From Candidatus Eiseniibacteriota bacterium (GTDB taxonomy: Bacteria > Eisenbacteria > RBG-16-71-46 > CAVPCR01): DNA of 64,000 bases. The notes under the pieces were generated by a model. The model was not told the DNA's origin and searched no databases. It was given only the letters and a program-made list of their open reading frames with translations. The stretch lies in NCBI GenBank assembly GCA_963823555.1, contig CAWGMA010000003.1, positions 640,001-704,000 of the forward strand, written 5' to 3'. The position numbers and the translations under genes were made by a program. Below, piece after piece: positions 31,550 through 40,945 of the stretch. How positions within the stretch are numbered: the stretch's first letter is position 1; the number at the start of each line of letters is the position of its first letter.

Positions 31550-32917
31550 GTGACCGAAGACGGAGCGCTGGAAGAGCGAATCGGTGAGTGGCGCAGTTAC
31601 TTTCGCCGGCGGCAGGCCATGCACTCCGCCGACGTCGAGGAGCTCGAGGACCATCTTCGCAGCCAGGTCGAGGCGTTGAGCGAAGCAGGCCTCGATCAGG
31701 ACGAAGCGTTCGTCGTCGCGGTCAAGCGCCTGGGCAATCTCGATTCGGTATCGCGTGAGTTCGCGAGCGAGTACTCGGAACGTCTCTGGAAGCAGCTCGG
31801 CGTCGCGCCGGAGGGCGACGCCTCATCATCAGTGGCGCGCCGCGAGGCCCGCGTCGCCGTCGTCCTGGCGATCGCGGCTGGCGCTGCAATCAAGCTTCCG
31901 GAGCTGCTTGGGATGCGCATCGACGAGTCGCAGGAAGACTCGTTGTTCTATCTGCGCAACATGAGCCTCCTGGTGCTGCCGTTCCTCGCCGGATTCTTCG
32001 CCCTCAAACGCCGACTGGACACCAGGGGATGGCTTTGTCTGGCGCTTCCGTTCGTGGCGGCGGCGATGATCATGAACCTGTCGCCTTTCCAGATGGGAGG
32101 TCAAACTCAGGTGCTGGCCGCGATCCACCTTCCCATCGCGTTGTGGTTTGCCGTCGGGTTCGCATATGCCGCAAGCCGATGGCGCAATCACGATCAACGT
32201 ATGAACTACGTGCGTTTCTCCGGCGAGTGGTTCATCTATTACGCGCTCATTGCACTTGGCGGCGGCGTCCTGGTGTTGTTCACGGTCTTCATTTTCGACG
32301 CTATCGGCTTGAATGCGGAGCCCTTTGCCGCACGCTGGATCATCATGTGCGGAGCCGCCGGTGCGGTCGTTGTTGCTGCCTGGCTAGTCGAGGCCAAGCA
32401 GAGCGTCATCGAGAACATGGCGCCTGTGCTCACGGTGCTCTTCACGCCGCTCTTCACGGTGCTGCTTGTCGTCTTCGTGGCAGCCATGATCTGGACCGGA
32501 AACGCGATCGATGTCGGGCGCGAGGTGCTCATCGGCTTCGACCTGCTCCTCGTGCTCGTCTTGTGCCTGTTGCTCTACGCAATCTCCGCGCGTGATCCGC
32601 AGTCGCCGCCCAGCCGCTTCGACCGACTCCAGCTTCTGCTGGTACTTTGCGCTCTAATCGTCGATGTCTTGGCTCTGTGGGCAATGGCTGCACGCATCTC
32701 CGAGTTTGGTGTCAGCCCCAACAAGACCGCGGCTCTCGGACTGAACCTGCTGCTGCTCGTGAACCTGGCCTGGTCGGGCGTGCTCTACGCACGATTCCTC
32801 ACCAATCGCTCGTCGTTCTCTGCACTGGAGCGCTGGCAAACATCGTATCTTCCGACATTCGCAGCCTGGGCATGGATCGTGGTGGCGCTCTTCCCGGTGA
32901 TCTTCAGCTACCGGTAG
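31550..32917 (+). CDS. PadR-associated membrane protein with permease-prefix domain
   Basis: EELEDHL...EAFVVAVKRLG N-terminus followed by many TM segments. Confidence 0.82.
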   Translation: MTEDGALEERIGEWRSYFRRRQAMHSADVEELEDHLRSQVEALSEAGLDQDEAFVVAVKRLGNLDSVSREFASEYSERLWKQLGVAPEGDASSSVARREARVAVVLAIAAGAAIKLPELLGMRIDESQEDSLFYLRNMSLLVLPFLAGFFALKRRLDTRGWLCLALPFVAAAMIMNLSPFQMGGQTQVLAAIHLPIALWFAVGFAYAASRWRNHDQRMNYVRFSGEWFIYYALIALGGGVLVLFTVFIFDAIGLNAEPFAARWIIMCGAAGAVVVAAWLVEAKQSVIENMAPVLTVLFTPLFTVLLVVFVAAMIWTGNAIDVGREVLIGFDLLLVLVLCLLLYAISARDPQSPPSRFDRLQLLLVLCALIVDVLALWAMAARISEFGVSPNKTAALGLNLLLLVNLAWSGVLYARFLTNRSSFSALERWQTSYLPTFAAWAWIVVALFPVIFSYR

Positions 32918-33270
32918 CTGACGCGGAAACCGCTGCGACCGGGGGTACGAAATACCTTGGAGATGGAGAGCGAGCCCGTAGTATCCGAAGGTTTGATATT
33001 GCTGTCAGACCGCTGCGCGCTTCTGCGTCCCGGTAGCGGAGCTCCCGCTTGCGGGACGCGGATCGCGGCCACGAAACCTCGACAGTCAGCTGGTCATGAA
33101 CGAGCACCTTCTCCACTGTCTGATGGAGAAGAGGCTGTTTTTTGGAGGGGCCCCTGGCCTGGCATCGGAGGCTGCCATCCGCTCTCGCCTGGACGCTGAC
33201 ACGGCGCCGCCGCCGCGTGACCGCAACAGCGCCGCCGGCCGTCCGCAGCCGTGCTACCATCCCCTCAGCC

Positions 33271-34803
33271 ATGTCGCCGACGGCCATCAAGTCCCGCTCC
33301 CGCCTGCAGTGGATCGGCCTCATCACCGCGCCGCTGCTCGCGCTCGCTGTATACGTCGCTCTGCCGGTCTCGTACGAGACGGCGGACGGCACGGCGCCGC
33401 TGACGCACGCCGCGCGCGCCACTACGGCGACGGCGGCATGGATGGCCGTGTGGTGGATGACAGAGGCCATTCCGGTATTCGCCACGGCGCTCCTGCCGAT
33501 CGCGGTGCTGCCCATGGCTGGGGCGGTGAGCATCCGCGACACGGCCGCGCCCTACGCGCACGAGCTGATCTTCCTCTTCATGGGCGGGTTCATCATTGCG
33601 GTCGCCATGGAGCGCTGGGGTCTTCACCGTCGCTTTGCCTATCGCACGCTGCAGCTCGTTGGCACGCGTACCTCCGCCGTCGTGGCAGGCTTCATGGCCA
33701 TCACGGCATTTACCAGCATGTGGGTGTCGAACACGGCGACCGTTATCATGATGCTGCCCATCGCCCTCAGCGTGATCGACCTGGTGCTCAAGCAGACAGG
33801 CCAGTCGCTTCGCGACACGGACGAGTTTGGCGAGGGGGCCGGCCATAACTTCGCGCTGTGCCTCCTGCTCGGGATTGCCTATGCGGCCTCGATCGGCGGC
33901 ATAGGAACGCTCATCGGGACGCCACCCAATCTGTTCCTCGCCTCGTACGTCGAAAGCAATCTCGGCATCGAAATCAGCTTCGTGCGCTGGATGGGGGTAG
34001 GCATTCCACTCGTGCTCGTGTTTCTGCCGGTGACGTGGTGGTTGCTCACCAAGGTGCTCTACCCGATCAAGGTGCCGCGCATCGAAGGAGGAGGAGCGCT
34101 AACGCGCGAAGCATACGTCGAGCTCGGCGCGATGAAGCGGGGGGAGTGGGCCGTGCTCATCGTGTTCCTGCTCACAGCGGCCGCGTGGATCTCACGGCCG
34201 TTACTGGTGAAAGTGAGCGTACTGGGTGCGTACCCACTGTCCGGGCTAACCGACGCGGGCATCGCTATCACGGCGGCACTCGTGCTGTTCGTCATCCCTG
34301 TCGACATCAAGAGACGCGAATTCGTGATGGACTGGGAGCACACCGCGCGCCTGCCGTGGGGTGTGCTGCTGCTGTTCGGCGGTGGGCTCAGTCTCGCCGC
34401 GGCGATCAAGAGCACCGGCGTCGGCGAATTTCTCGGGCACCAGGTGGCCACTTTCGCCGGAGCGCCGTCGCTGGTGATCGTATTGCTCATCGTGACCGTG
34501 ATGATCTTCCTCACCGAGTTGACCAGCAACACCGCCACTACTGCGACGCTGGTTCCCATTCTTGCCGCCCTCGCGCCCGGGCTCGGACTGAATCCGTTCT
34601 TTCTCATTGTGCCGGCCACCATGGCTGCTAGCTGTGCTTTCATGCTGCCGGTGGCGACGCCTCCCAACGCCATCGTGTTTGGCTCGGGCTACGTGCGCAT
34701 CGGACAGATGGTGCGGGCGGGGCTTTGGCTCAATCTCATTGGCATCGTCCTCATCACCGTGATCATGTATGCCGTCGCGCAGGTGGTTCTTCCGATGCGG
34801 TGA
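33271..34803 (+). CDS. SLC13/DASS family Na+/anion symporter
   Basis: WWMTEAIP, SMWVSNTAT, GTLIGTPPN, TELTSNTAT, FMLPVATPPNAIV. Confidence 0.93.
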   Translation: MSPTAIKSRSRLQWIGLITAPLLALAVYVALPVSYETADGTAPLTHAARATTATAAWMAVWWMTEAIPVFATALLPIAVLPMAGAVSIRDTAAPYAHELIFLFMGGFIIAVAMERWGLHRRFAYRTLQLVGTRTSAVVAGFMAITAFTSMWVSNTATVIMMLPIALSVIDLVLKQTGQSLRDTDEFGEGAGHNFALCLLLGIAYAASIGGIGTLIGTPPNLFLASYVESNLGIEISFVRWMGVGIPLVLVFLPVTWWLLTKVLYPIKVPRIEGGGALTREAYVELGAMKRGEWAVLIVFLLTAAAWISRPLLVKVSVLGAYPLSGLTDAGIAITAALVLFVIPVDIKRREFVMDWEHTARLPWGVLLLFGGGLSLAAAIKSTGVGEFLGHQVATFAGAPSLVIVLLIVTVMIFLTELTSNTATTATLVPILAALAPGLGLNPFFLIVPATMAASCAFMLPVATPPNAIVFGSGYVRIGQMVRAGLWLNLIGIVLITVIMYAVAQVVLPMR

Positions 34804-34844
34804 CCGAACCCGCCCGCTGGGCAGTCGCGATGTGAAGGCTGCGT

Positions 34845-35265
34845 ACGATTCGCCAGTTCCGCGGACCATGGGACCATCACCCTCGCCGTATTCAACGGCA
34901 TGATCAACGCCGGTGTCACGAACCAGGTCACGGGTGCCCAGGTCTGGCGTAGTTCTACCGGGGACAACAACACCTGGGAACAGGTCGCCCCGACCCTACC
35001 TGGAACCATTCCGGCCAGCATTACCGGGTTTGCCGAGTTCGAAGGCGGGCTGTATGCCGCGGTCGAGCTTGAGGAGGATTTGCCGGCGCAAGTCTGGTTC
35101 AGCGACGGCGGCGCCTGGGAGATCGTAATGGGACGGTTTCGGTGATGCCAACACCGTCTCACCGGCGGCATGGCGATGTTCTTGGGGGGTCTTCATGTTG
35201 GCGCGGGAAACACCACCGTCGCGGCCCACCTCTGGCGCAGCCCTGACGGTAGTGTCTGGACACGG
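34845..35265 (+). pseudogene. Internal fragment of a beta-propeller-like protein
   Basis: Repeated AQVWRS/AQVWFS/AHLWRS units across a frameshift at ~35130. No clear start. Confidence 0.5.
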
Positions 35266-35315
35266 GCAATCGCCGCAGCATCCATCTCACCGCACAGACC
35301 TAGGTGGTTGAGCTG

Positions 35316-36197
35316 CTACCGCGATTGGCTGGGGGCCGTGGCGGTCGGCAACGGGGCGAACCCCGCTGCCGCGGCAACCTGCTGGCCCTCCGGGCCAGTG
35401 ATCCATTCGAGGTACGCGGCAACCGCTCCCGTGGGTTTTCCATTCGTGTAGCAATAGAGACTGCGGGCCAGCGGATAAGTGTCGGCATAGATGACCGCAA
35501 GGTCCAGGGACTGTCCGTCGGCCGTGACTGGAGAGATCGCCGGTGCGTCTTTGCTCTCTTTCAGCTTGAGGACCCTGATGCCATTGCTCTTCAGAAAGTG
35601 GGTGGCCGCGCCGTACCCGATGGCAGCTGGCTCGACGCTTAGCGCACTGTCAATGGCGGCAGGACTGGGCATGGCGCGACAGTCAGGCGCGAACTCCCGA
35701 TTGCCCAGCGCATGTTCCTGGAAGAAGCCGCCGGCGGGGTTTGGCGCATAGCCGTAGCGCAAGATTCCATCGTTGGATCCACCGAGGTCTTGCCAGTTGT
35801 TGATGGCGCCCGTGTAGATCGCCTTCAGCTGTTTCATCGTGAGCTCAGCGAGTGGGTTATCCTTGTGCACCACGACGGCCAGAGCGCTCATCGCCACCTT
35901 GTGTTCCACGGGCTCGACCCCCGCTTTGCGAGCAGCCTCTGACTCCACGGGTCGAATCAGGCGGCTAGAGTTGGCGATATCGGTGGTTCCGGCGATGAGC
36001 ACGGCGTGCCCGGTGCCGGAGCCGCCTCCGTTCACCTGGATGTCCACATCGGGGTGAGCGGCCATGTATACCTCGGCCCAGCGCTGCGACAGCGGCAACA
36101 TGGTGTTCGAGCCCACGACGGTAATCTGCTCGGCGCAGACAGGTGTAGCGCATGCGATTCCAGCGATGGCAAGGGCAGCAAGGACTCGACGTAGCAT
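35316..36197 (-). CDS. pstS: Phosphate-binding protein, PstS family
   Basis: Signal peptide, GSNTM, GGGSGTG, DIANSSR, YPLARSLY. Confidence 0.85.
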   Translation of the reverse strand: MLRRVLAALAIAGIACATPVCAEQITVVGSNTMLPLSQRWAEVYMAAHPDVDIQVNGGGSGTGHAVLIAGTTDIANSSRLIRPVESEAARKAGVEPVEHKVAMSALAVVVHKDNPLAELTMKQLKAIYTGAINNWQDLGGSNDGILRYGYAPNPAGGFFQEHALGNREFAPDCRAMPSPAAIDSALSVEPAAIGYGAATHFLKSNGIRVLKLKESKDAPAISPVTADGQSLDLAVIYADTYPLARSLYCYTNGKPTGAVAAYLEWITGPEGQQVAAAAGFAPLPTATAPSQSR

Positions 36198-36394
36198 CTC
36201 TTGATTTCCCTCCGCGCCGTCCGCTCGCTCCCGGGCAAGGCTCTCTCCGCCGAAGCGCCGCGCGACCCGCCGGGAGTTGGGACTCCGGATCCTACCGCAG
36301 CCGGCCGGGGCTGTGGTAGGATAAGTTGTCACTTGGTATCTCGGTCTTTCTCGGGATCTGTCACGCGATGATTCATTTCTGTTCACTACCTCTT

Positions 36395-38341
36395 ATGCAG
36401 CGTCCTCCGATCGGTCTCGGTCGCCGCCGGCCCCGGGTAGCGGCACCCGCCCTTCTCGCTGTCCTGGTCTTGGCGACCGGAACGGCCTCCGCACAGGGTG
36501 TTGCAACCGATCAAGGGAGCAGGCCCCCGATCTTCGGGGGCCAGTACGCTGATCTCTCGCCCCGGCAGCAGGCGCTGGTCGACGACTGGTTTAGGCGCTT
36601 CAACGAGGAGCAGGACACCAGCCTGGATGCCAAGGTGGCCTACGACCAGATTCCGATCTCGGTACGAACCACCTTCGAGGCGGTTACGCATGCGCTCTCA
36701 AACTCAACGCTGACCAGCCAGGCCGGAGATTCCCTTGGTGCTGCGGTCGATCTCGTCGAAAAGGTCGATCATGTGAAGGGTAGGCTGCCCGGTGCGCGCG
36801 GAGACCTGCAGTTCCGGATCTACGTGCAGCTCAAGGATGGAGCGCTCGCCACGCTGAATGAATGCCGGGAGTTCACGCGCTGCCACGACAATACCGTGTT
36901 TCACAAGAGCTATCCGCTCAACTACAGACAAGGGAAAGGTGCTCCTTCGATCCAGATCTCGATGACCCGCGACGGCCGGCATGCCGATATCGATGTCGAC
37001 TATCGCTCGTCGTTCTTCGCCGTTGCTCTTTTCGATGGCCACCTCACATCCGCGAACTCCGACGTGCGCGCAGGAAACAACGTCGACCGTCACAACGGTA
37101 GGTGGACCGGGCTCACCAACTGGTGGCGGAACCTCTTTGGATTTCCGCGGGCGAATGAAGGTGAAGCGGAGGACATCCAGCAAGGGGACCCGTTCGGGGC
37201 GACCCAGCTTCCTCCTTTCGGCAAGGGCCACATCGAGGATGCCGTTCACGACTATCTAGTCACGTGGCTCATCGCGGGGGAGCCGTGGCGCGCGCTGGCC
37301 TACGCGTCCGAGCAGGCGTTCGATTGCCTGCCGGAGGAGGAGCCCGGACTGGTTGTTGACCGAACGGCGGCACTGTCCCGCAAGTCGAGGGACATGGAAG
37401 TGGCGAGCGAGGCCCTGGGGCAAGTCGAGAACCTGAGCGATGTGGTCGCCCCCATGGACATTCGGGACTCCCGCTTGCAGCACGTGAAGCAGCGCTATCA
37501 CGATCTCTTCAACCTCAATGAGATCCCGGAAGGTGTGGCGGATTATCAGTGCGACGGTCAAGAGACCGGCAAGGAAACGCAGAGCAGAGAAAGGGTGGGC
37601 TACGCCAGGACCAAGAGCGGGCGCTACGTCGCTTCGTTCGTTCTTCATAGCAAAGGTCGCCGCGGCTTCCCGGTCCAGCAGGTCTGGTTCAAGGATGCCG
37701 GCATCTGGCGCATCGAGTCGTTTCTCCTCCAGGCGGATCCGAGTTGGGCGGCGATCCCGGACGTACGTCCGGCAATCGAGCAGAGCGATGACGACATCCT
37801 GCGTGTGCCTGGTGATCCAGCCATGGTCCAGGCGGCTACCGAGTTCCTTGAGGCCTGGTTCATCCGGCGCGACATGGAAGCGGTCCTGACCTATCTCGCG
37901 GACGAGAGCCTCAGCTGCGCGAACCTGGATCTGCCGCCAGGGGAGGCGCCACTGTCAGTGCCTGCCGATCTGCGTGTGCGGATTCAAGGCGGGATGGAGC
38001 GGGTGGCCGCCGGCGTTGGGCAACCGGCGGTGCTCGAGGAATGCCTGGAGAGCGTCGCTCCGGTCAGTGCGGCAACCCGCCTGGTGATGCATCCGCACGC
38101 CGGTGCCTTCGCGCTCCTGGCGCTGCCGAATCACGTCGGTGTGACCATGGACTGCGAGCGCGAGTGGGAGGATGCCGACAGCGCGGCACCTGTGGAGGGA
38201 GACGAAAACTACGGGAATCACTACCTCACCGTGTTCCACTGCCGGCCCATTTCGGGAGAGCAACCGGCGGTGTTCAAGCTGCACTGGGCCCGTGAGAACG
38301 GTGAGTGGCGGGTCATGGCTTTCCACACCCTCGTAGACTGA
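36395..38341 (+). CDS. Secreted hypothetical protein with duplicated C-terminal domain
   Basis: Long open frame, signal peptide ending ASA, internal repeat. Start uncertain. Confidence 0.75.
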   Translation: MQRPPIGLGRRRPRVAAPALLAVLVLATGTASAQGVATDQGSRPPIFGGQYADLSPRQQALVDDWFRRFNEEQDTSLDAKVAYDQIPISVRTTFEAVTHALSNSTLTSQAGDSLGAAVDLVEKVDHVKGRLPGARGDLQFRIYVQLKDGALATLNECREFTRCHDNTVFHKSYPLNYRQGKGAPSIQISMTRDGRHADIDVDYRSSFFAVALFDGHLTSANSDVRAGNNVDRHNGRWTGLTNWWRNLFGFPRANEGEAEDIQQGDPFGATQLPPFGKGHIEDAVHDYLVTWLIAGEPWRALAYASEQAFDCLPEEEPGLVVDRTAALSRKSRDMEVASEALGQVENLSDVVAPMDIRDSRLQHVKQRYHDLFNLNEIPEGVADYQCDGQETGKETQSRERVGYARTKSGRYVASFVLHSKGRRGFPVQQVWFKDAGIWRIESFLLQADPSWAAIPDVRPAIEQSDDDILRVPGDPAMVQAATEFLEAWFIRRDMEAVLTYLADESLSCANLDLPPGEAPLSVPADLRVRIQGGMERVAAGVGQPAVLEECLESVAPVSAATRLVMHPHAGAFALLALPNHVGVTMDCEREWEDADSAAPVEGDENYGNHYLTVFHCRPISGEQPAVFKLHWARENGEWRVMAFHTLVD

Positions 38342-38548
38342 TGGGCGCTACGCTACTCCTCGTTTCCTTTCCCTTGGTATCCGAAGGCTGGATGGTAGGC
38401 TAGGCTCCACGTGTGTGCGAGCTCGCACACTATGAGCGCCCAAACAATGACAAACGTCACCGAAGACCCCGATGAGTCCGTGGTGATCAGCGTCTCACCA
38501 GGGTGGTGCCTCCCCGGTTGACGCTTCTACGCTGATCTCACTGTCCGC

Positions 38549-38790
38549 AATGGGATTCCACGTCGCCATCGTTGTCTTCGGGCTCTTGGGAGTGGTCTGT
38601 CTCTCACCCTCGAAAGCGCAATCGCCTGAATCCCCATCATTCTGGGGAGCTTCAACCCCGGAAGAAGAGGGCCTTGATTCCAGCATGTTGGCCACATGCT
38701 GCAGAGGATTCAATCCGAGCGACTGAACATCCGCAGCGTTCTCATTGTCAGAAACGATAGGTTGGTGCTGGAGAGCTATACTCGGGAGGG
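38549..38790 (+). pseudogene. N-terminal remnant of a beta-lactamase-family serine hydrolase
   Basis: STPEEEGLDS, then in a shifted frame IRSVLIVRNDRLVLESY. The remainder is absent. Confidence 0.55.
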
Positions 38791-39055
38791 AAGTACCTGC
38801 TCGAGGACAACGAGCTTGGCTTCTCTGATGTCACGCCATGGTTCGAACGGCCGGATGTCTCTCGTCTCCAGATCAAGTCTGAAGATGGGGTCCTCGAACT
38901 CGTGATCGGGATGGACGGTGTGTACCGAACCTCGAAACCCGCTTCGACGCGCGAATGAGGTTCATGGATGACCGCCTGGCATCTCTGTTCATCTGGCAGC
39001 CGCTCGACAGGCGTGTGGCTGTGAGGGGTGCTCGCGAGTGGCTCTATTTCCCCTC

Positions 39056-39104
39056 TTGACAGGTAACCGCTGCATTACCTATTATAGGTAACCGATGGGT
39101 TACT
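39056..39104 (+). promoter_or_regulatory. Sigma70 promoter with two palindromic operators
   Basis: TTGACA-N18-TATTAT, with GGTAACCGCTGCATTACC and GGTAACCGATGGGTTACT. Confidence 0.78.
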
Positions 39105-39427
39105 CAACTGGCATAACCGCCTATGAAAGCGACGGTTTCGCCGCCCTCGCCGATCCTACCAGACGGCGGATCATCGCCCTTCTCGCCGAGCGCGATCGGA
39201 CCGTGAAGGAGATCGCCGAGCACTTCTCCGTCTCCCGGCCGGCGATCAGCAAGCACCTGCAGGTTTTGCGCAGGGCCGGGCTCGTGGCCGAGACGAAGCG
39301 GGGGCGCGAGCGCGTCCAGCGCTTCGAAGGATCAGCCCTGCAATCGGTCGGCGATTGGATCCGCCACTATGAGGCGTTCTGGCAGGAGCGCCTGGCCACC
39401 CTCAAGCAACTCGTGGAGGATGACTGA
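39095..39427 (+). CDS. ArsR/SmtB-family regulator
   Basis: FAALADPTRRRI, SRPAISKHLQVLRRAGLV. Confidence 0.92.
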   Translation: MGYSTGITAYESDGFAALADPTRRRIIALLAERDRTVKEIAEHFSVSRPAISKHLQVLRRAGLVAETKRGRERVQRFEGSALQSVGDWIRHYEAFWQERLATLKQLVEDD

Positions 39428-40884
39428 TGAAGGGCGTGCACATGAACATCGACCTCAAGGCCCCGGTCGCGAAGGTGTGGGAGTATCTCACCGATCCCGA
39501 GAAACTGGCCGCCTGGCTCATGGCGAGCGACCTCACCGCGGAGGTCGGCGCACATTTCACCTTCACCGCCTCCCCCTCGGGCACCTGGGACGGACGCCTG
39601 CACTGCAAGGTGATGGATCTCGTCGAGCGCGAGCGCCTCTCCTTTTCCTGGAGCGCCAACGACATCGGCGCCGAGACGCTCGTCACCTTCCAGCTCGAGG
39701 AGATCGCTTCCGGGACGCGCTTGACGCTCACCCACACGGGCTTCGAGGGGGCGCTCCCGGGGGCCGAGGGTCGGCATGCGGCAGGCTGGACGAATGCGCT
39801 GAAAATGCTCGAGACGACGTTGTGCGGCCCGCGAACCGGGTATGACTGGAGCGTGTTCGAGATCACGCGCCACATCGCGGCGCCGCTCCCGGATCTGTTC
39901 GCCCTGTGGGCCACGCCGGCGGGGCTCAAACGCTTCTGGGCCGAGACTGTCGCCTGCACCGCTCCCGATGGCACCGTTCGTGCTGCCACCGACACCTTCC
40001 GCCACGGGGATCGCATCGCCCTCACTTTCTCCACGGGAGCGTCGACGGAGCTCGAGATCATCAACATCGAGCGCGATCGTTTCATCACCTTCACATTCGG
40101 TCGGGACTACGGCTGGGTGCGCGTGGGTCTGTCCCGGGACGGGGACCGCGCGCGGGTGGTCCTGCGCCAGTTCGGCATGCCGATCGACGGCGAGGCCCCC
40201 TGGGAGATCCACGCCAACGCTCGCGGGTGGTGGATCTTCAACCTGATGAATCTCGAGTCGGTCCTCCTCCACGCGCATGATCTCCGGGTGCGCGAGGCCG
40301 CGGCGGAGAATGCCTTGGGCGCGCGATATCTCCCAGGGGATGAAACCGCCGCGCAGCCACATGATTGGACGTCGTTCGACGTCCATCTCTATATCGATGC
40401 CCGGCCCGGTGATGTTCTCTCCCGATGGCGAACCGCCGCCGGCATCGAGAGCTTCTTCGTCCGCGAGGCGTGCTTCACCGACGCGTCGGGCGTGAGGCGC
40501 TCGCCGACCGCCGAGGCCGAGGAGGGAGACGCGTATCAGTGGGACGGCATTCACAACTTCCGGATGACGGGGCGCGTCCTAGACTCCTCTGCAGACCAGG
40601 TTGTCTTCACCTTCGGCGATCGGTATCGGGTGACCGTGAGCGCGTCGGGACACGGTACGGGCACTCTCCTTCATCTACGGCAGAGCGGCATGCGCGACGA
40701 TCCGGAGGACCGGGTGCAAGGATCTCTCAACTGCCGATCCTGCTGGATCTACTTCCTGACCGCACTGAAGGGGAAGATCGAACGCGGCATCGATCTGCGT
40801 GACCTGCGCCCGGAGACGGCTGACTCGATCTCGGTGGGCTACAATCTCGCCCGAGATACGCCGCCGCCCGCGTCGCGCATGTGA
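39427..40884 (+). CDS. Triple SRPBCC/AHSA1-domain protein
   Basis: Three units begin APVAKVWEYLTDPEKLAAW, APLPDLFALWATPAGLKRFW and ARPGDVLSRWRTAAGIESFF. Confidence 0.85.
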   Translation: MKGVHMNIDLKAPVAKVWEYLTDPEKLAAWLMASDLTAEVGAHFTFTASPSGTWDGRLHCKVMDLVERERLSFSWSANDIGAETLVTFQLEEIASGTRLTLTHTGFEGALPGAEGRHAAGWTNALKMLETTLCGPRTGYDWSVFEITRHIAAPLPDLFALWATPAGLKRFWAETVACTAPDGTVRAATDTFRHGDRIALTFSTGASTELEIINIERDRFITFTFGRDYGWVRVGLSRDGDRARVVLRQFGMPIDGEAPWEIHANARGWWIFNLMNLESVLLHAHDLRVREAAAENALGARYLPGDETAAQPHDWTSFDVHLYIDARPGDVLSRWRTAAGIESFFVREACFTDASGVRRSPTAEAEEGDAYQWDGIHNFRMTGRVLDSSADQVVFTFGDRYRVTVSASGHGTGTLLHLRQSGMRDDPEDRVQGSLNCRSCWIYFLTALKGKIERGIDLRDLRPETADSISVGYNLARDTPPPASRM

Positions 40885-40945
40885 TATTCTTGAATCCTAG
40901 ATTCCGGTGGCGGGCGGTCCCCCAGGCCGAGATCACCGCTTGGAG

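Noticed and set aside
32980..38390. Shared GTATCCGAAGG at ~32980 and ~38377 as a direct repeat bounding an island
   Set aside because: Only 11 bp, with no other supporting boundary signal.
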